Assembly (NCBI GenBank): GCA_000708835.1
Contig: DF237348.1
Span: 21,639-85,638 of the forward strand
Direction: 5' to 3'
DNA length: 64,000 bases
From: Klebsormidium nitens
Lineage: Eukaryota > Plantae > Klebsormidiophyceae
Below, one piece after another: positions 12,334 through 26,294 of the stretch. Under the pieces are notes generated by a model, which had not been told where the DNA came from, ran no database searches, and saw nothing but the letters and a program-made list of their open reading frames with translations. Position 1 is the stretch's first letter. Each line of letters starts with the position of its first letter. The position numbers were made by a program, and so were the translations under genes.

Positions 12334-12950
12334 ATATGCTGTTCTTGACCTTCAGGCTTCACGTACTTGTTGATCTAGGCTGGACGCATGCATGTGCCAG
12401 AGTGACTGATTTTGAGATTTGAAACAGCTAGCTTCAGGCTACAGGGTGGTTAAAATCTAGTGCCAAAACGATCTCGTTGGATCAGCTAGGTCTTTCGTGC
12501 ATGGCTGATCCTCAAATAAAACGTCTCGTTCACGTTTCTGCTTGGACGTGGATTCCTACAGTCTAGGAAAGCTAGTAAGCCATGACCTTCGCCGTCAGCT
12601 ACTACTGCTCCACTTCTATATGAACTCGAGTGCCACCTGCCAAATTCTCCGAAGCGTCGGATCATGTGGTTTCATTAAGGCAACTTGAGAAGCATTGTGT
12701 TTAAGGGTACTACCCATCCCTACATGCGTACTCGTACTGCTGGCCGCCAACACTTGCTTCATCGCCTGCATTTCCAGCCCGATCACATCATCCGACATAC
12801 GCCCGCAGTCACTAAGCGATTCGGATGCCATTCAGGATGCCTCAAATGCTAAATACGCTGCCGCTGCCGGGTTCTGATGCGCGGATTGCATACACGGAGA
12901 ATAGATGAAAAATAGAAGTGGTGGAGAGCGCTAGCATGCTAATTGCTATA

Positions 12951-13041
12951 GTATCGTCGTATCCTTCTGCATCATGCATCATCCATCATGCATCGTCGTA
13001 TCCATCATGCATCATGCATCATCCTTCATGACATCTCATGC
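12951..13041. repeat. Degenerate CATCATG/CATCGT minisatellite
   Basis: Repeated catcatg, catcatc and catcgtcgtat units. Confidence 0.7.
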
Positions 13042-14037
13042 AAACCAAGCAAATCGAATACGAGATGTCTACTCGAAGTGTCAAATCCGTGTTTCATGGC
13101 GCTCCGCATATTCTAGCGGGTCTAGCGCATGAGGATCATTGGATGCAATCAACTATTCTGTCTCCGACAAAGTCACGACCCCCACATATTTTCGTCTACA
13201 AATCCCGGCATGCAAGCGTTTAACGGACATATACCTATGGAGTCATTCAATCTGATTGCCTCTCGGGCGGGACAGGACTGAGCTTTCGTCAAGCTTGCTT
13301 GACTAACTCACCATTTTAATGATGATGGTGAAGAGAAAGATTGAAAGAGTTCTTCCTCTTCCTCGGTTCTAATTGTATTAGGTGATTCTCTAGGCATAAC
13401 TAAAAGTACAAGGGCCGGGCTTCTGATCGTGTACGAGGTCCGACGTGTCACTGCACGGAGAGCTTACATAAAGGTATAGTCTTAGTCTCACGGAGCTTCT
13501 CCGAGGGCGATCACTAGAGCAGGATTGCCCGTCACTACAAGAAAGCCCATGAGCCCGACAACCGTCAAATCAGACCGTCTGCCGCGCAGCACATGGGTGC
13601 GCTCTGCACACTCGTTCTAGACGGGGTCAGGAGAGCCGTGGCGCAGGCCGCAACTTTCGTGTGGCTTGGATAGTGGCACTCGATCCTGCTGCGCCAATTG
13701 CGAGATGAACACTAGGGCCCCTGGTGGCAATTTTGGACTTAAGGACTGATCAATCTAGCATCTTTTCCAGATTGAGATGAAGATTACTGTATGAAGAAGA
13801 GATGAGAATAACTGTACAAGCCCGGAACATTTGTGAGTGACCTGATACCTCTGCACAGATCGAGCTTTGATTCCTCGTGCATTAACGGAGGTAAGTGCCG
13901 CCTAGCGCCGCACTTAGCATATCAACTAGACAATGTTGGAATTTCGTAGCTCTGGTAAGTTCCGTCGCCAAATGGTGTCCATAGCTTGATCAAGGTGCCC
14001 CTACATCATAACCGCTACGCGTGCGCGTGCAACCCAC

Positions 14038-17000
14038 TTAATGGAATATCTGCTGTGAAGCGTAGTATTCGCTCTCCCTAAAAGCCGGCCTCAGATCCTC
14101 GTCCCTCGTGAATTCGAGCGGAAAGGTAACAAGATGGCCTCTAACTGCGTCCAATAACCCATCAACCTCTGAAGACAATGACGATGTGGACGGCTTCGAT
14201 TCCGTCATCTGATCTCGGCTAACATCTTCTTTGGCCTTAGCCTTCTGGGCAGCCTCAGCTTGGCGCAGGGCGGACCTGAGGTGGACGATGGTTATGTGTG
14301 AGAGGGATCCCTTAAAATCAGGCTTGGCCGAATTGTCATTCGCCGCTTGCTCACTATAGCAGGATCTCGCACGAAAAGCATCGTCTCTCTGAACGCCGAA
14401 GCATTATGGTCCTCTCTACACTTCCGAGCAAGCCGCCAGTGGTTATACCATCGTATCGAGCAGACTTCACGAGCTCTATATTGCATCTTCTCCCCACATC
14501 GTCTAGCCGAGTATGATGTAAGGAGCTGAGAAACTTCAACCGTTGAAATCTTGTTGGTGCGTTTAGAGAAGCTGTGTGGTAACGCACCTGGAGTGGATGG
14601 CGTCGCTGGGTATGCATAGGAGGGCGGCCTCGTATATGGCGGTGTTGGACTTGGCACGTGCCATCCAGAGGCCCCAGTAGGTGCGGTCGTGCACCGGGTC
14701 CCGGATTCCGTCCATCTGTACACGGAAATGGAAGTCGAGTGTCCTCAAAAAACTTGCATACGACACGGCCACTAATCCGCAGCGCAGAATTGCACACAGC
14801 AGCGGCTGCTGTAACAGACTGGCTCTTGCGTGAAAGAGACGAGTGAAAGGTATACAACCTGTACGGGAACAGGAACGCCAAAGAAGGTGGGCCGAAAAGT
14901 ACATTATTCAAGATCCAGAAGAGAGGTACGGAACACTATTCTCTGCGGAAAGGTTCCAGAGTCCAGAATCCAAACCTCGTAGAAGCTCTTGTGGAAAACT
15001 TTCTTCACAAAGAGACCAAAAAGGAGCAAACAACGCTCACGTCCGCTTCTTTGAGCCCCAGGTGCTCCGCCCAGAGCGCCATGCGCAGCGACTGCGCGAA
15101 CCGGCCCGCGCGCCAGGGGCGCCCGTCCATGGCGCCCGGTACGTACCGCTCGTCCTGGATCACCGCTGCGATCTCGGAGTCGCGCGAGCCGAGCAGGCTG
15201 CGGTCGTTCAGATTGGCGGACCCGATCAGCGCCACCCGGTCGTCCACCAGCATCAGCTTGCTGTGGACGTACACCTGGACACGCGTGACGTCAGCATGAC
15301 GTCATCTTCGTCGGGTTACGAAAGGCCCTGACAATAGGTCCAGTGGGTCCTGCCCATGGCATCGGAATCTGGTGCACATTAGACGGAAGAAGCCTCCGAA
15401 AGACCAGCATCAGCTTGCTGTGCCCATACACTGGACACGCGTGACGTCAGCTTGATCTCATCTTCGTCAGCCTATGATGAAGGGTCTAGAAAGAAGACCT
15501 TCGGAAAAGGTCCAGGTGGGTCCTGCTGTCGGAATCTGGTGAGTACTAGACGCAGAAAGCCTTCGGAAAGAACCGCATCAGCTTGCTGTACTCCTGGACC
15601 CGTCTGACGTCAGCGTGAGGCTTACTTCGTCGGGTTACGACAATACAAGCAAAAAGCAGCAACGGCTTGCTGTGAACACCTGAGAAACCTAGTTCTGTCG
15701 CTCCTCTCTGCTGAATGGCTCTTCTCCCTACATGTTTACTCTGCGCTCTCAGGCCCTCCGCTACTTCCTAACCACAGAGCAGAGCCCTATTTTCTTTGAC
15801 AATCATACGATGATGGACCGCGCTCAGGAAATCAATAATCACGGCGGGACTACTCTACTCACAGCGGCCCCAGGAAGAAGTCCCCTCCATCCTGGAAAAA
15901 CCCACGATTCCGAGTTCCGTCATTCGCAATCTGTTAAACTTTTGAGACCTGCTGATTCTCCAAGGGGCTCACGATCTAAACTCCGCAAACAACCCACCTG
16001 GCTGGTTGCCACGTGTCCCCCCGGCGTGAGCCTCCCGTGGCTCCTTAGCGCAAAGAACCCAACATATTCGGACACCGCCGCCGCCGTGCCTAGTTCCTCC
16101 GCGAGCCGCGTGAGCAGCGAGTGCTTGCCCCGGCAGATAGTGCGGTACTGCCAGTGCATGATGGCGCGGACCGAGGCCGCGCCGGCATCGTCGACTCCGC
16201 CCTGCAGAGAGTTCAATTGTCAGACTTTGCAGATCTTCTGAATCTTGCCCATAAGGGTTTATGAATCTGCTGCCGACCATACGGTAAGCGCCAGTAACTG
16301 CGCTGATGAAACAGTACTGCCAGTCCATGATGGCGCGCACTGAGGCCGCGCCGGCGTCGTTAACGCCCCCCCACAATCGGCAGGGTTTCCAAATGTCAGA
16401 TTCCGCAGCTTTTCGTACTCTTGCACACAAGGGTGAGTTGTATAGTCCGCAGCCAATCGAGAGCGCCAATCGACCGCGTTCCCACCTAATGAGACAGTGC
16501 TGCAAGTGCGTGATGGCGCACACTGAGGACATGCCGGCATCGTCTGCCCCGCCATGCTATCAGCAATTTTTCGGTTTATGATATTTGAAAGCTTGCACTT
16601 AGAGGTTCGAGGCTCTGCTGCTCCTTCAACTGATTGACAGGCACTCGCCTCCTCTTCGTCAAAGAGCCCTTGTGACCAACTTATAGCAGTAGAAAACTCT
16701 TAATATGCAGGATTGTGAGGTGGCTTGAATTACGGTAGCAAGGTCTGATTGTCTGGCGTTCTTTACTGCGGATTGACAGAGCAAGCAAGCGAGGGTTTGG
16801 AAAAACGTCTTGCAGAAGGGTGGGTCTAACGAATAACAGTAGCGACGTTCTTGAAACCCTCGAATGGTATTATGCCCCCTTAGTCGTTCCTTTGGCCTTG
16901 ATTCCGCGAGCCTCTAGTCGACTCGAGAGGTGAGAATTATTGACAACCGCCAAGAAGGTGTCAAAGCGAGGTCCTCCTTTGCTCGTCCACCCTCCGGTCT

Positions 17001-20000
17001 CCAGTTAAAGATTCAAAACCTGTTGAGTACCCTCGAGAGTATAGTAAATCAAGGCCAAAGAATACCTGGAAGCCGGGCAGCAACAGCATGACATCAATAA
17101 GCGGACGCTCCGTGTAATTGGCTACATTCGGTCCAAAGGCAAGGCCTGGAATCCGCAATAACTGCCAGGTCTTCAGTGAGCGGACCGTCCCCGACCGTAC
17201 CTGGAACCCGGGCAGCAACGGCATGACAACAATAACCCGGAAGGTTGCGCGCTCCCTGTGCGCGCGCAGGATCCTGGCGAACAGCGCCTGGAGGACACGG
17301 TTTTGGATGGTGTCGTCCTCGTCCAGGCCCGACACGAAGAATTGGTTCTGCAAAGGGCGGCAGAAACAGGATTTCTTTGGCCGAAACACCGAAGAATTGG
17401 CTATGAAAGGGGAGGGAGACAGGGCATGTTAAACAAGTCGAATAATTGGTTCTGCGAGGAGTTACGGAAGCCGGGCCTCTTGAAGACGAAGTCGGGGGGG
17501 CGGTGGGCGCATGTTGTTTGAGCACGTGACTGCGGGAGCGCAAGAGCTGGTGGTGGATGCAGTTCTGCAGGCTTCTTCATATGTACCTTTCACAGGAGAA
17601 AAACGTCAACGTGCATGCAGAACGGGAGTGCTAGTACGTTATGAGCAGATTCCTTAGTACACTACCGAGAGCGATCTGATCGGTAATCAGGAGCTTAACC
17701 CATGGTGATGACATGCCCGGTTGGACACTTCTAAAGGTGATTGTCTGGCTTCGTCGAGCCCCGATTCAAATCGGTGGCAACCAAGTAAAAATCCACTAAC
17801 ACTGATTTGACAATGACAGAGAATCGCACACCGTGTTTTGCAGTCGGATGTTTCACAGCGAGGGGTTGGGCTCACCTCAATATACACAAAGTGCTGCGCG
17901 TTTGTAATAAGCGTGCAGTACGCCTCGTGGATGCTGCGCTCCTCCGCCTGCGTCGTCCCGGCGGACCACTGCCCCACGCTGCGGACAATCTGCGGACAAA
18001 CGAATATGGTGGTCATTTTGAAAGTGACAATGTTTTCTCTGAAACAGAATGGGCAATCCCCTTCTCCGAAATGTGGGTCAACTCCCCAAAGCACTATTCG
18101 CAACTGCCGTCTGTTAGCACACTTCTGAAAGGAACACAGCATTGATGAGGTAGAAGCTTAACGTTGTGTTTGGTGTGGGCTGGGCTATGAGGAGAGCATG
18201 CGGGGCATTCATTACGAGCGACGTCATCAAACAAATTCGATACCAACCATCTTCAGCAACTGTCCACGTGTCCTTCTCTTAACTAGCCCGGCCAACAGAC
18301 TCGAACGTACCGGTACGTCGCCTTCCATGGCTTTCCCCACTTCCTTTTCGTGCTGCGTAATTACCTTGAGCTTTTCAAGGTAAGCTTGAAAAGCTCTCTT
18401 GGTGTCAAATGTGAGCTTCTTAATACGGTGTCCGAATGCAGACCTGGCCTCGAAGGGTGAAACCTTACCTGGCACCGACACGACACCCTCTGACCCGCTT
18501 CGCCGGACGGCACCGAAGCGCCCACCAAACTCTCGCCCTCTAGTTGCTTGTGAGGCGTTTCATCTCCCCTTTCGCCGCTCGCTCTCCTCTGGGGGGTATC
18601 CAACAGTGGCTGCTCCAGGCGCTCCTGCCCCCCCGTTTCGGAACCGGTCATCAACTCTACCTGAAGGTGCTTTTTCCCCTTCCCCGCAGACCCCGGTGTG
18701 AACTCGCCCCGTTTCTCTGCACTTGCAAGTGTGCCCCGCTTGTCGGACGGTGTGGAAGGGCCTCGCTTACCGGATGGTGTAAATGCGCCCCTCCGAGCGA
18801 ACTGCGCCCACTTCTCCCGCAGCCGCGCCGCCGACTCCTGAGCGTCGGCCCAGGTCAGACCGAGGGTTTTCACAACGGGCCTCTGGCCCCGGCCGGCCGG
18901 CGGTGTGAATGACCCGCTCCTCCGAAGCTCCGCCATGTCATTCATCTCCGCATTTCCGGACGTCGACGCAAACGCGCCAGAGTCTTCCCGACCGATCTCC
19001 CCGTCCAAAAGCCGTCCGACATCGTCCGACTGGTTGGCCCGCCCGAGAGTTTTCACACTGCCCAGGAACAGGGTGCCCACAGACCGGAAAAGGCTGTCGG
19101 CACTGCGGGAGTGTGAATGCGTTCCGCGGAAACGGCCGGGGGTCAAGGTGGGGGCTTCTTCCTGGGGCAAAAGGAGGGGGATGGAAAGGACGCTCGAGCG
19201 GCGCGAGGGCGGTTCGGAGGCTTCGCCGCTGGCAGCATCCGGCAGGGCATGCGCCTCAATGACCTACGAAAACCAATTTCAAAATTGTTAGCAACAATTG
19301 CTTGCTGATCAAACTGGACCGAAGCTCTTAGAAGTTCGACTGCAATGTTCCAGCTGGTTGGAAACTTTGAGAGGCTCGAAAACCTTATTTTTCGCAAGCG
19401 TTCAGGTAGAGAAATGGCAAGTTTTAGGACGTGCGCACATAGGTTCTGATTTGATTGAAAAGGGAACAAGCTTCAAAAAGTGGCTGGATGCACGGAAAGG
19501 GTACGTATAAAGAATATCCTGAGAAATGTGCTCCTAACTCTTCGCTGCTCGTCTACACTGATCGCAAATGCCAGGTTAGATGGCCAGTCAATCACTCGTT
19601 GTCGCCTTACACAAGTGCATCCTTTAATGCTCGCAGCTGCATAGAACATGCAAGGAGTGTGAATATGGCCTGACCTGTTCCTCTTGCTTGCGCTGCTCCT
19701 CGATTTCGCGAGCCTCGTCGCCGCTCCGGTAGTGCGGGATGACCATGTGCTGGTGGGGCAACAGCAACGGGATGGCGTCCTGATTGGGCGCCTTGCTCCG
19801 CTGCAACAGAGAAAAACTGTGTCAGGGTCTCACGGTGTCTCCGTTGTTAACGTGAGAGACGTGGAAACTAGCTCCGCTGCAACACAGACGACAACGTTCA
19901 GAACAGCAGGGATGCATTGTTGAAAAGAGGACCGTGATTGTCCTTACTCCGCAGCCCACGATTCGAGTTGAATTTGATCGGCAATATTGAACTCGGTCTG

Positions 20001-23000
20001 CCGACAAAAAGGAAAGGGTAGTTTTTTTATCTCATCTCAAACCTCGTCCTCCCGTCCGAGCCAAGAACTTGCGTCACAGGAAGCGGCTTGATGGCTGGGC
20101 TTCCCAGCTGAGATACGGGATATAAAGCAGCGGAAGTCAGAGAATTGAAACTGAAGTTGAGGTTTTAGATGAAAAGCGGAATAACGGAATGGTAAAGAAG
20201 CGACGCCCCACCTTGGCATAGTTCCAGCGCTGCACGAAGTGGCGCGCGACGTCGCGACAGGGCGGCCCCCAGAGCGCGCAGTGGACGTCGTGCCAGGGCA
20301 TGCGCGGGGTGCGGCTGCGCTCCAGCTCGTCCTTGTGCGGGTCCTCCCACGAGTTGGGCTCGCGCTCCCTACAGGGTTTGGGAAACTAGGTTAGTGTTTG
20401 AAGGTTAACCAGCTCGCCCTCCTTGGAACAGCAATTGTAATGGGTGTTTGTTCAAAGCAGTGGAATGCAGCTTACAAACGTGAGTAACAGATAGTTTATG
20501 TAGGTTCGTTCACGGGTTGGGCTCGCACTTCGTGCGGGTTTTGGGTCAGGGTTAAGATTTGAAGTTAGTTATTGGATTACAGCAGTTCGCGAGTCGGTGT
20601 GGACAATCGTACTTGAAAGTTTCACAATTGGAGCCTCGGTAAGGGAGCGGGATCAAAGAACTGGAATCATTAGTGGACCTGCAATCTTCATTGTAGCGTG
20701 GATGCTAAACAGGCAGAGGTTCTTCCAAGCGTTTGACTTGCGCTCCCTTCAGATCCCGGCGGATCAAGTGCTCACAGCGGTAGAAGGACTTTCTTTTCGC
20801 TGCGCCCACCAGAGTTTTGCGAGCTTGCACGCTCCTGACAGCGAAGGACTCCGCAAGCGACACGTGGCATTTAGGCGACCCACAAGAAGCTTACCTGGGG
20901 TTGTAGTAGTCCTTCCCCGGCCAGACGGTCGCCGGCAGGTCCCCCAGGGAGTGCTCGGGGGTGTCGTACCGACCGAAGCACAGGTCCAAGCCGCCCAGAA
21001 AGGCCACCCGGTGATCAACCACCACGATCTTCTCGTGGTGGGACCTGGGCAAAAATGGGGACGCATTACGACCGAGGGTGTTCCTGCTTTTGAATCTGTC
21101 GAATAAAGGTACTCAAAGCGTCTCATTGTGGGCTCTTGAGATCAGTAACTGTGGTTATATGAGTTGAGGTACTAGAGTTTCGTTGGAAGGATCCCAGGAT
21201 GGCTGGGAGCTTGCAAACTTCGGTTGCAAGGATGAACGACAACGTGGTGGGTTCCTCTCCATCTTGCGAGACCTTTTGAGCTGCGTGCTGGCTGCATAAA
21301 AGAGCACGCGCCAATTGCTTCTTCAGCTAGACGCAAAAGAAATGGAACATGGAAATAGCGAGTAGGAAAACAGGGCAAAGGGCTCACCAGAGATAGACCC
21401 CCGCCGAAAAGTGGTCCGGATGCCGCACGACCTTGATGTTCTCGTGCAGCGCTTGCAGCTTCTTCTTGCTGTATAAGCTATTGATCTTGAGCGCGATGGA
21501 CACCTCCTTATACATCAGTATGTACACCTGCACGCCCGCCCGCGCGCGCTCCTCCAGAATGGCGGCGACCGTGGACTGGCCGTGGCTGGCGAAGGGTCGC
21601 CGGAGGAAGAGGTCGGGGCAGAGCCACCAGCCGGTGATATAGATCTGCGGTCAACAAACTTACGAGGGTTTGTTGAAGCACAACAGGACGGCGATGTGAT
21701 GAACAACGCAACCGTCCAGGTTCGACTCGCCCCAAAGCAAGGCAGAAGATACTGTGAAAGACCGATGGACAAAGCAGGTTTGCAAGTCTCGTCCGGCAAA
21801 TAGGGAGGAGCGACGGGTAGTACTTCCTCTCAACAATCATTCGACGGATGGATTCACACACTTCGAACTCGGGATACGCACTTGGAAAGCAAAACAACTC
21901 AGATCTTTGTATTCAAATATCCGGCTTCCCTCGTTACAAATTTCCTCTTTGCCGGTAAACCACACCCTCAGGAACAAACTCAGGGCCTCGACAGAAAGCG
22001 CAGAAGGCATTGACATCCAAGAAGCTGAACCATACCACACGAGCTACCAAACACGTGCCTTTCTTATCCAGCACCGTTGCAAAGAAGCTTAGAAACCGAC
22101 TGCAATCAAATACCAGATTCCCCACCTCGTTCTTCGCTGACTCCAGCGCATTGGCCACCGCCTCAAACGCTGCCCTCCCGTCAACGAGCCACTGTGCTTC
22201 GCTGCCATCGGCAATCATCCCCCGAGGGGGCGCAAATGAGCCGAAGCGGTGGGGGTGGCACCACGCCTCGGGGGCCTGCAACCCGGCCTCGTTGATCGCA
22301 GCCACCCAGTCTTTCGAACCCGCCCCATGCCTGACAAAAGAAGCAAATTTTGATATTGGTAAAGTTCACTTGCGGTCCAGATTTTAGGTACTCATTTGAG
22401 CACAGGGTTCCCTCCAACTCGATGAATGAGGTCTTCTGAACCCGCCGCATGCCTGACCAGAAGCGTATAGGTGAAATACATTTGCGGTCATGACTTCTGG
22501 AAGCCGTTTGAGGAGATCCACTCTAACTCGATGGATCAGGAACCACTGATGTCGAGACAGCGCTACTTCTGCGGAGGTGATAACGTTGAACGTTGGCATA
22601 AGGAACAGGCCCATCGACATTGGCGCGAATCGACGGCTCTCTCTTTAAGGCTACGTTCTACAGAGCGCTCCGTGTTCGTCGTTTTGGGGAAGCGACCGTC
22701 AGAAAAGGTTGCCACATGACCACGGAGCAGCCGCACATGCTACGAGCTCACCAGCAGCCGGCAATTGCGATCTCGTCAAACGTGTGTTGTAACATCGTGG
22801 AATCGACGATGATGTCTCACCTGGTCCGTATTTGCAGAACTCGGCCCCCACCCGCAACCTCAAACCCAAACCACATTGGCCGCTTGTACTTGTGCGGCCT
22901 CGCCAGCCGCACGCCCTCGTCCTTCCGCTCCATTCCGTCGTTCCGCTCGGTTCCGCCGTTCCGTTCCGCTGTCTGAAGGACATCGAAGAGGATGATGTCC

Positions 23001-25514
23001 ACCGGCTTCTTGTCGAGGGGGTCAGCTAGCAGTGCGAGGAAGCCAGGCTTGAGAACCCCCCATACCTCCTGCCAGTTTCCGCGGCAGCACGTGCTTCCGC
23101 AAAAGCAGGAAAAGAGGCGGCGGAACCAGCCGGGGCGCGTCTTCTTCCGGGGGGGTAGGTCTTGTTCCTTGTCGCCTGCAGAAGTGAGCCGGCTGTAAGA
23201 TGGCCAAGAAATAGAAGAGCGCAGTAATAAGGGACACACGAAGGTTGCTCGCAACATCAGAAGCCTCCGACATGGCGACGTTTCATCGACTCCTGTCATC
23301 GAGCGGCTAAGGAAGTCGCTGCAGCGTTATCGGAAGTCTGACGTTGGCATGACGTCAGTCAGTCCAAACCTGTGAAGTGCGAGGTTCGATCCCCCTCGGT
23401 AAACCTGATGACTCAAGGTCCTATCGTGGGGTATGCGGAAGGAGCGTACTGAGTTGGAACTCCACACAAAGCGATTGCAGGAGAGAGATCAACGTGCCGG
23501 ACAAACCACACCCACCAACCCCACGCACCTTCCTCGTCATCGTCTGCCTCCGTGTCCAGGTCCGCCAGGTGGCGCACGCTGAGCCAGCCCTCATGGAGCT
23601 TGGGGCCATACTCGCGCGCAAATGACAGCCGCGACACCTCCAAGAAGCGGCACACCTCGCGCGTGTTCACCAACTCTAAGTTTTCCAAAAAGCTGCAGAA
23701 AAGGGGCCGTTCGGACGTTGTCAAGCTTCTCGCAAGGTTTGGTTTATTGCTGAAATCCCGTTTGGCTTAATCACTGAGGAGGTGATTTCGATTTCCACTG
23801 TGTCAGAAAAAGCTTGTAAATCGGTTGCAGGGTATTGATCTGAAAATCCTTTTAGTCGGGTTGACCGACAGGATCAGCGAGAGTATGTATTTTAAGGAGG
23901 AGTGTGACTCCTGAGAATAGGCATCAAAGCATTGTCGATCATGACAATCATACAGACAAAAACGAGGGCATAGGAGCCCAAAAGAAGTTCCTGAGACGTC
24001 ACCATTGCTAGCAAGATCAGAACTAAGAGTGTTACGGACCCGCGTCCCTTCCATAAGAGACTGAACTCTGGTTGCGCGCGGATGTGAGCTTCATTCCAAG
24101 TCGAATTTTTCGAGAAGGTGATGGTCGAAAAAGGTGGTGGATGCCGGAGCCGAGCAGAAGCAGGGGGGTGAAAACGCGTCTTCGTTAGTGCAATTTTGAG
24201 CAAAACAGTGTTTTTGAGTGTTTCTTGAGGCCAGACAAATCGAACTAAGCGGACAACCGAATCAACTGACACACAAGTTGGCCGGAAACTGCGGTGGGAA
24301 TCTGTTCAGAATCGTCGAGCACAACGCAACAAAGCACAGAAAACTCGAAGGCATCCCCTTACTGGTTCACATAATCCTGCATCACTCGCATCGCATCCTC
24401 TGCCGCACTCCCGCTCCTCCCTAACGTCGGCTTCATCACCGAGAACGCCGCCTCCACTGGGACGCTCACGTCCACCTTCCGGGGGGTGCTCTGCCCAGCC
24501 TCCGGCTCCCCCCCTTCCCGAAAAGGATCCTCCAACCCCTCCTCGCCTCCCTCGGCAACCCCCCCAGAAAACCGGAAGGAGTGCCCCCGAAATGAGTGCT
24601 CCGGCAGAAGACGGTCTAGGTAAGACTTGAGGTTCTCTTGCTGTCGGTCCCAGTAAAGCTTGAACTGCTCCTGCCGCGTGCGCAGCTCGACGGTGAGCGC
24701 GCGGCGCTTGAGGCGGAAGTGGAGGGCGAGGACCTGGCCCGCGCGCTTCTCCAGGCGCCACGAGAACTAGAACAGGGGGGAAAGAGCGTGTGTGGCTTAG
24801 TCAGACTTGTTACACTTGAGATTCATGGAAGGGCTGAGTGGGAGTTGACTTGTGTTCTGAGAAGTTGGTGGTAGCTGGGGACTCTGCGGCAGCCTACTAG
24901 TAGAGCTTCTCCAGGCAGCTCAGTGGGGGGAACCAAAGTTCAAGGAAAACATTTGACGCTCTGAGAGATGCATCATCAGGAGAATGACAAAAGGCAATAC
25001 GAGGTTTTGAACAAACAACAGGCGGGGCTTTCAGGAGCCGGAGCACGTTTTTGGTACTTCCAAGAAATGCAAAGTCTAATCAAAAGCCGACTTTTCAGCT
25101 GATAAGCTGTCTTCTCCCAATCAAGCAAGTTATCAAATCATGCTGTCAACAGGGACCCATACCACCCAAGCATCCAGAACGCTTGAATTTCATGACTGAC
25201 AGCCTGATCTCCAGAGCATCATGAACAACTTTGTCCAAACTGTACCACCTTCAGCAACTGGGAATCCCATCGCAACTCACCTGCCTGTAGCGCATCTCAA
25301 TTGTGTACACCAATTGCACATCCGTAACATCAGCTCTGGTGACCCCTGTGACCCTTGCCACCGGCAACTCTTCAAAGACTGCCGCCTCGGCTTTCGCTGC
25401 AGCATCTTTTTCATTCCCATCACAATCTACGGCTGAATCATGTGCGACCTGTCCCTCAATTGGTCTGTACTCCCCCTTTCTTTCCGCTGAAGGATGGTCC
25501 TCAGACCGCGCCAT
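14038..25514 (-). CDS. PLDP1: Phospholipase D zeta (PX-PH-PLD), multi-exon
   Basis: PX: FEELPVARV..., [39 protein letters not shown]: [12 protein letters not shown]. Also [33 protein letters not shown]1 [29 protein letters not shown]2 [12 protein letters not shown]...[17 protein letters not shown], and C-terminus [11 protein letters not shown]...[13 protein letters not shown] (stop at 14038-14040). The start codon is the most plausible one, not proven. Confidence 0.95.
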
Positions 25515-26294
25515 GGCTTGGGAACATTAGAATCAAGAGATTCACGTCAGTGAGCAATTTAAAACTTTGAATTTGAAGCATCAAACTATGAGGACTTGCA
25601 AGAACCAGCGCTGAACCAAGCCTTTGCGCAGCTGCTGGCTGGACAACTGCCTCTCGAAGCTGCAGCAATGCACTGAAGCAGCTGGCAGTGGGAGTGGGTC
25701 TGCGCACATCCCAGGGCCAAAGCTTTCTCCATCATGGAACTCGGAAAAGCAAGCTCACATGCACTGGTGGCAGTGGTGACTGACTTTGACAAGCTTGAAC
25801 TTGCATGAAGCAGCTGCTTTGAAGTGAATGATAAAGTGCAGATGTGCACAATTAAAGGCAATGTTTTTCGACCAGGCATAAGTACATGGAGAGGATGGGA
25901 CGCAAATGGACGCATAAGCGCGTAGCTTTGCTCTGAGTCTAAGGTAGATTTTGAGAAAGACTCAAAGAGTGGCTCAATCTACCAGTATTGAGACCTCCTA
26001 CAGGAATTCCAGATTTTTTGGAATTATAAGCTTAGGTACGTCTTTAGCCACGTATGCGCGGTGAGTTGACCACCTGGGCACTAGGAAATCTGAAAAGCCA
26101 CGCACATATGGCGTGTGAAGAGCTCTATAGCAGTAGTAAAAGGTAGATACTAGAGCCTGAGGCGTTTCCTTCTCCCTCCTCCCGCAGCGATTGTACGTCT
26201 CACTTTTGCTGAGAATGAAACCTTGATTGTGGCTTTTTTTGCTCTCGCTTGGCCTTTCCCACCGCGGTTGTGGTACAATCCACTTAGATTGGCC

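Noticed and set aside
12400-14000. Possible LTR or transposon remnant
   Set aside because: No paired repeats, PBS/PPT or protein motifs could be identified by eye.
14292-14911. Several 113-185-aa ORFs that looked like a separate decayed gene
   Set aside because: They overlap the last PLD-zeta exons ([16 protein letters not shown]... and ...YASQQIFH*) and their introns.
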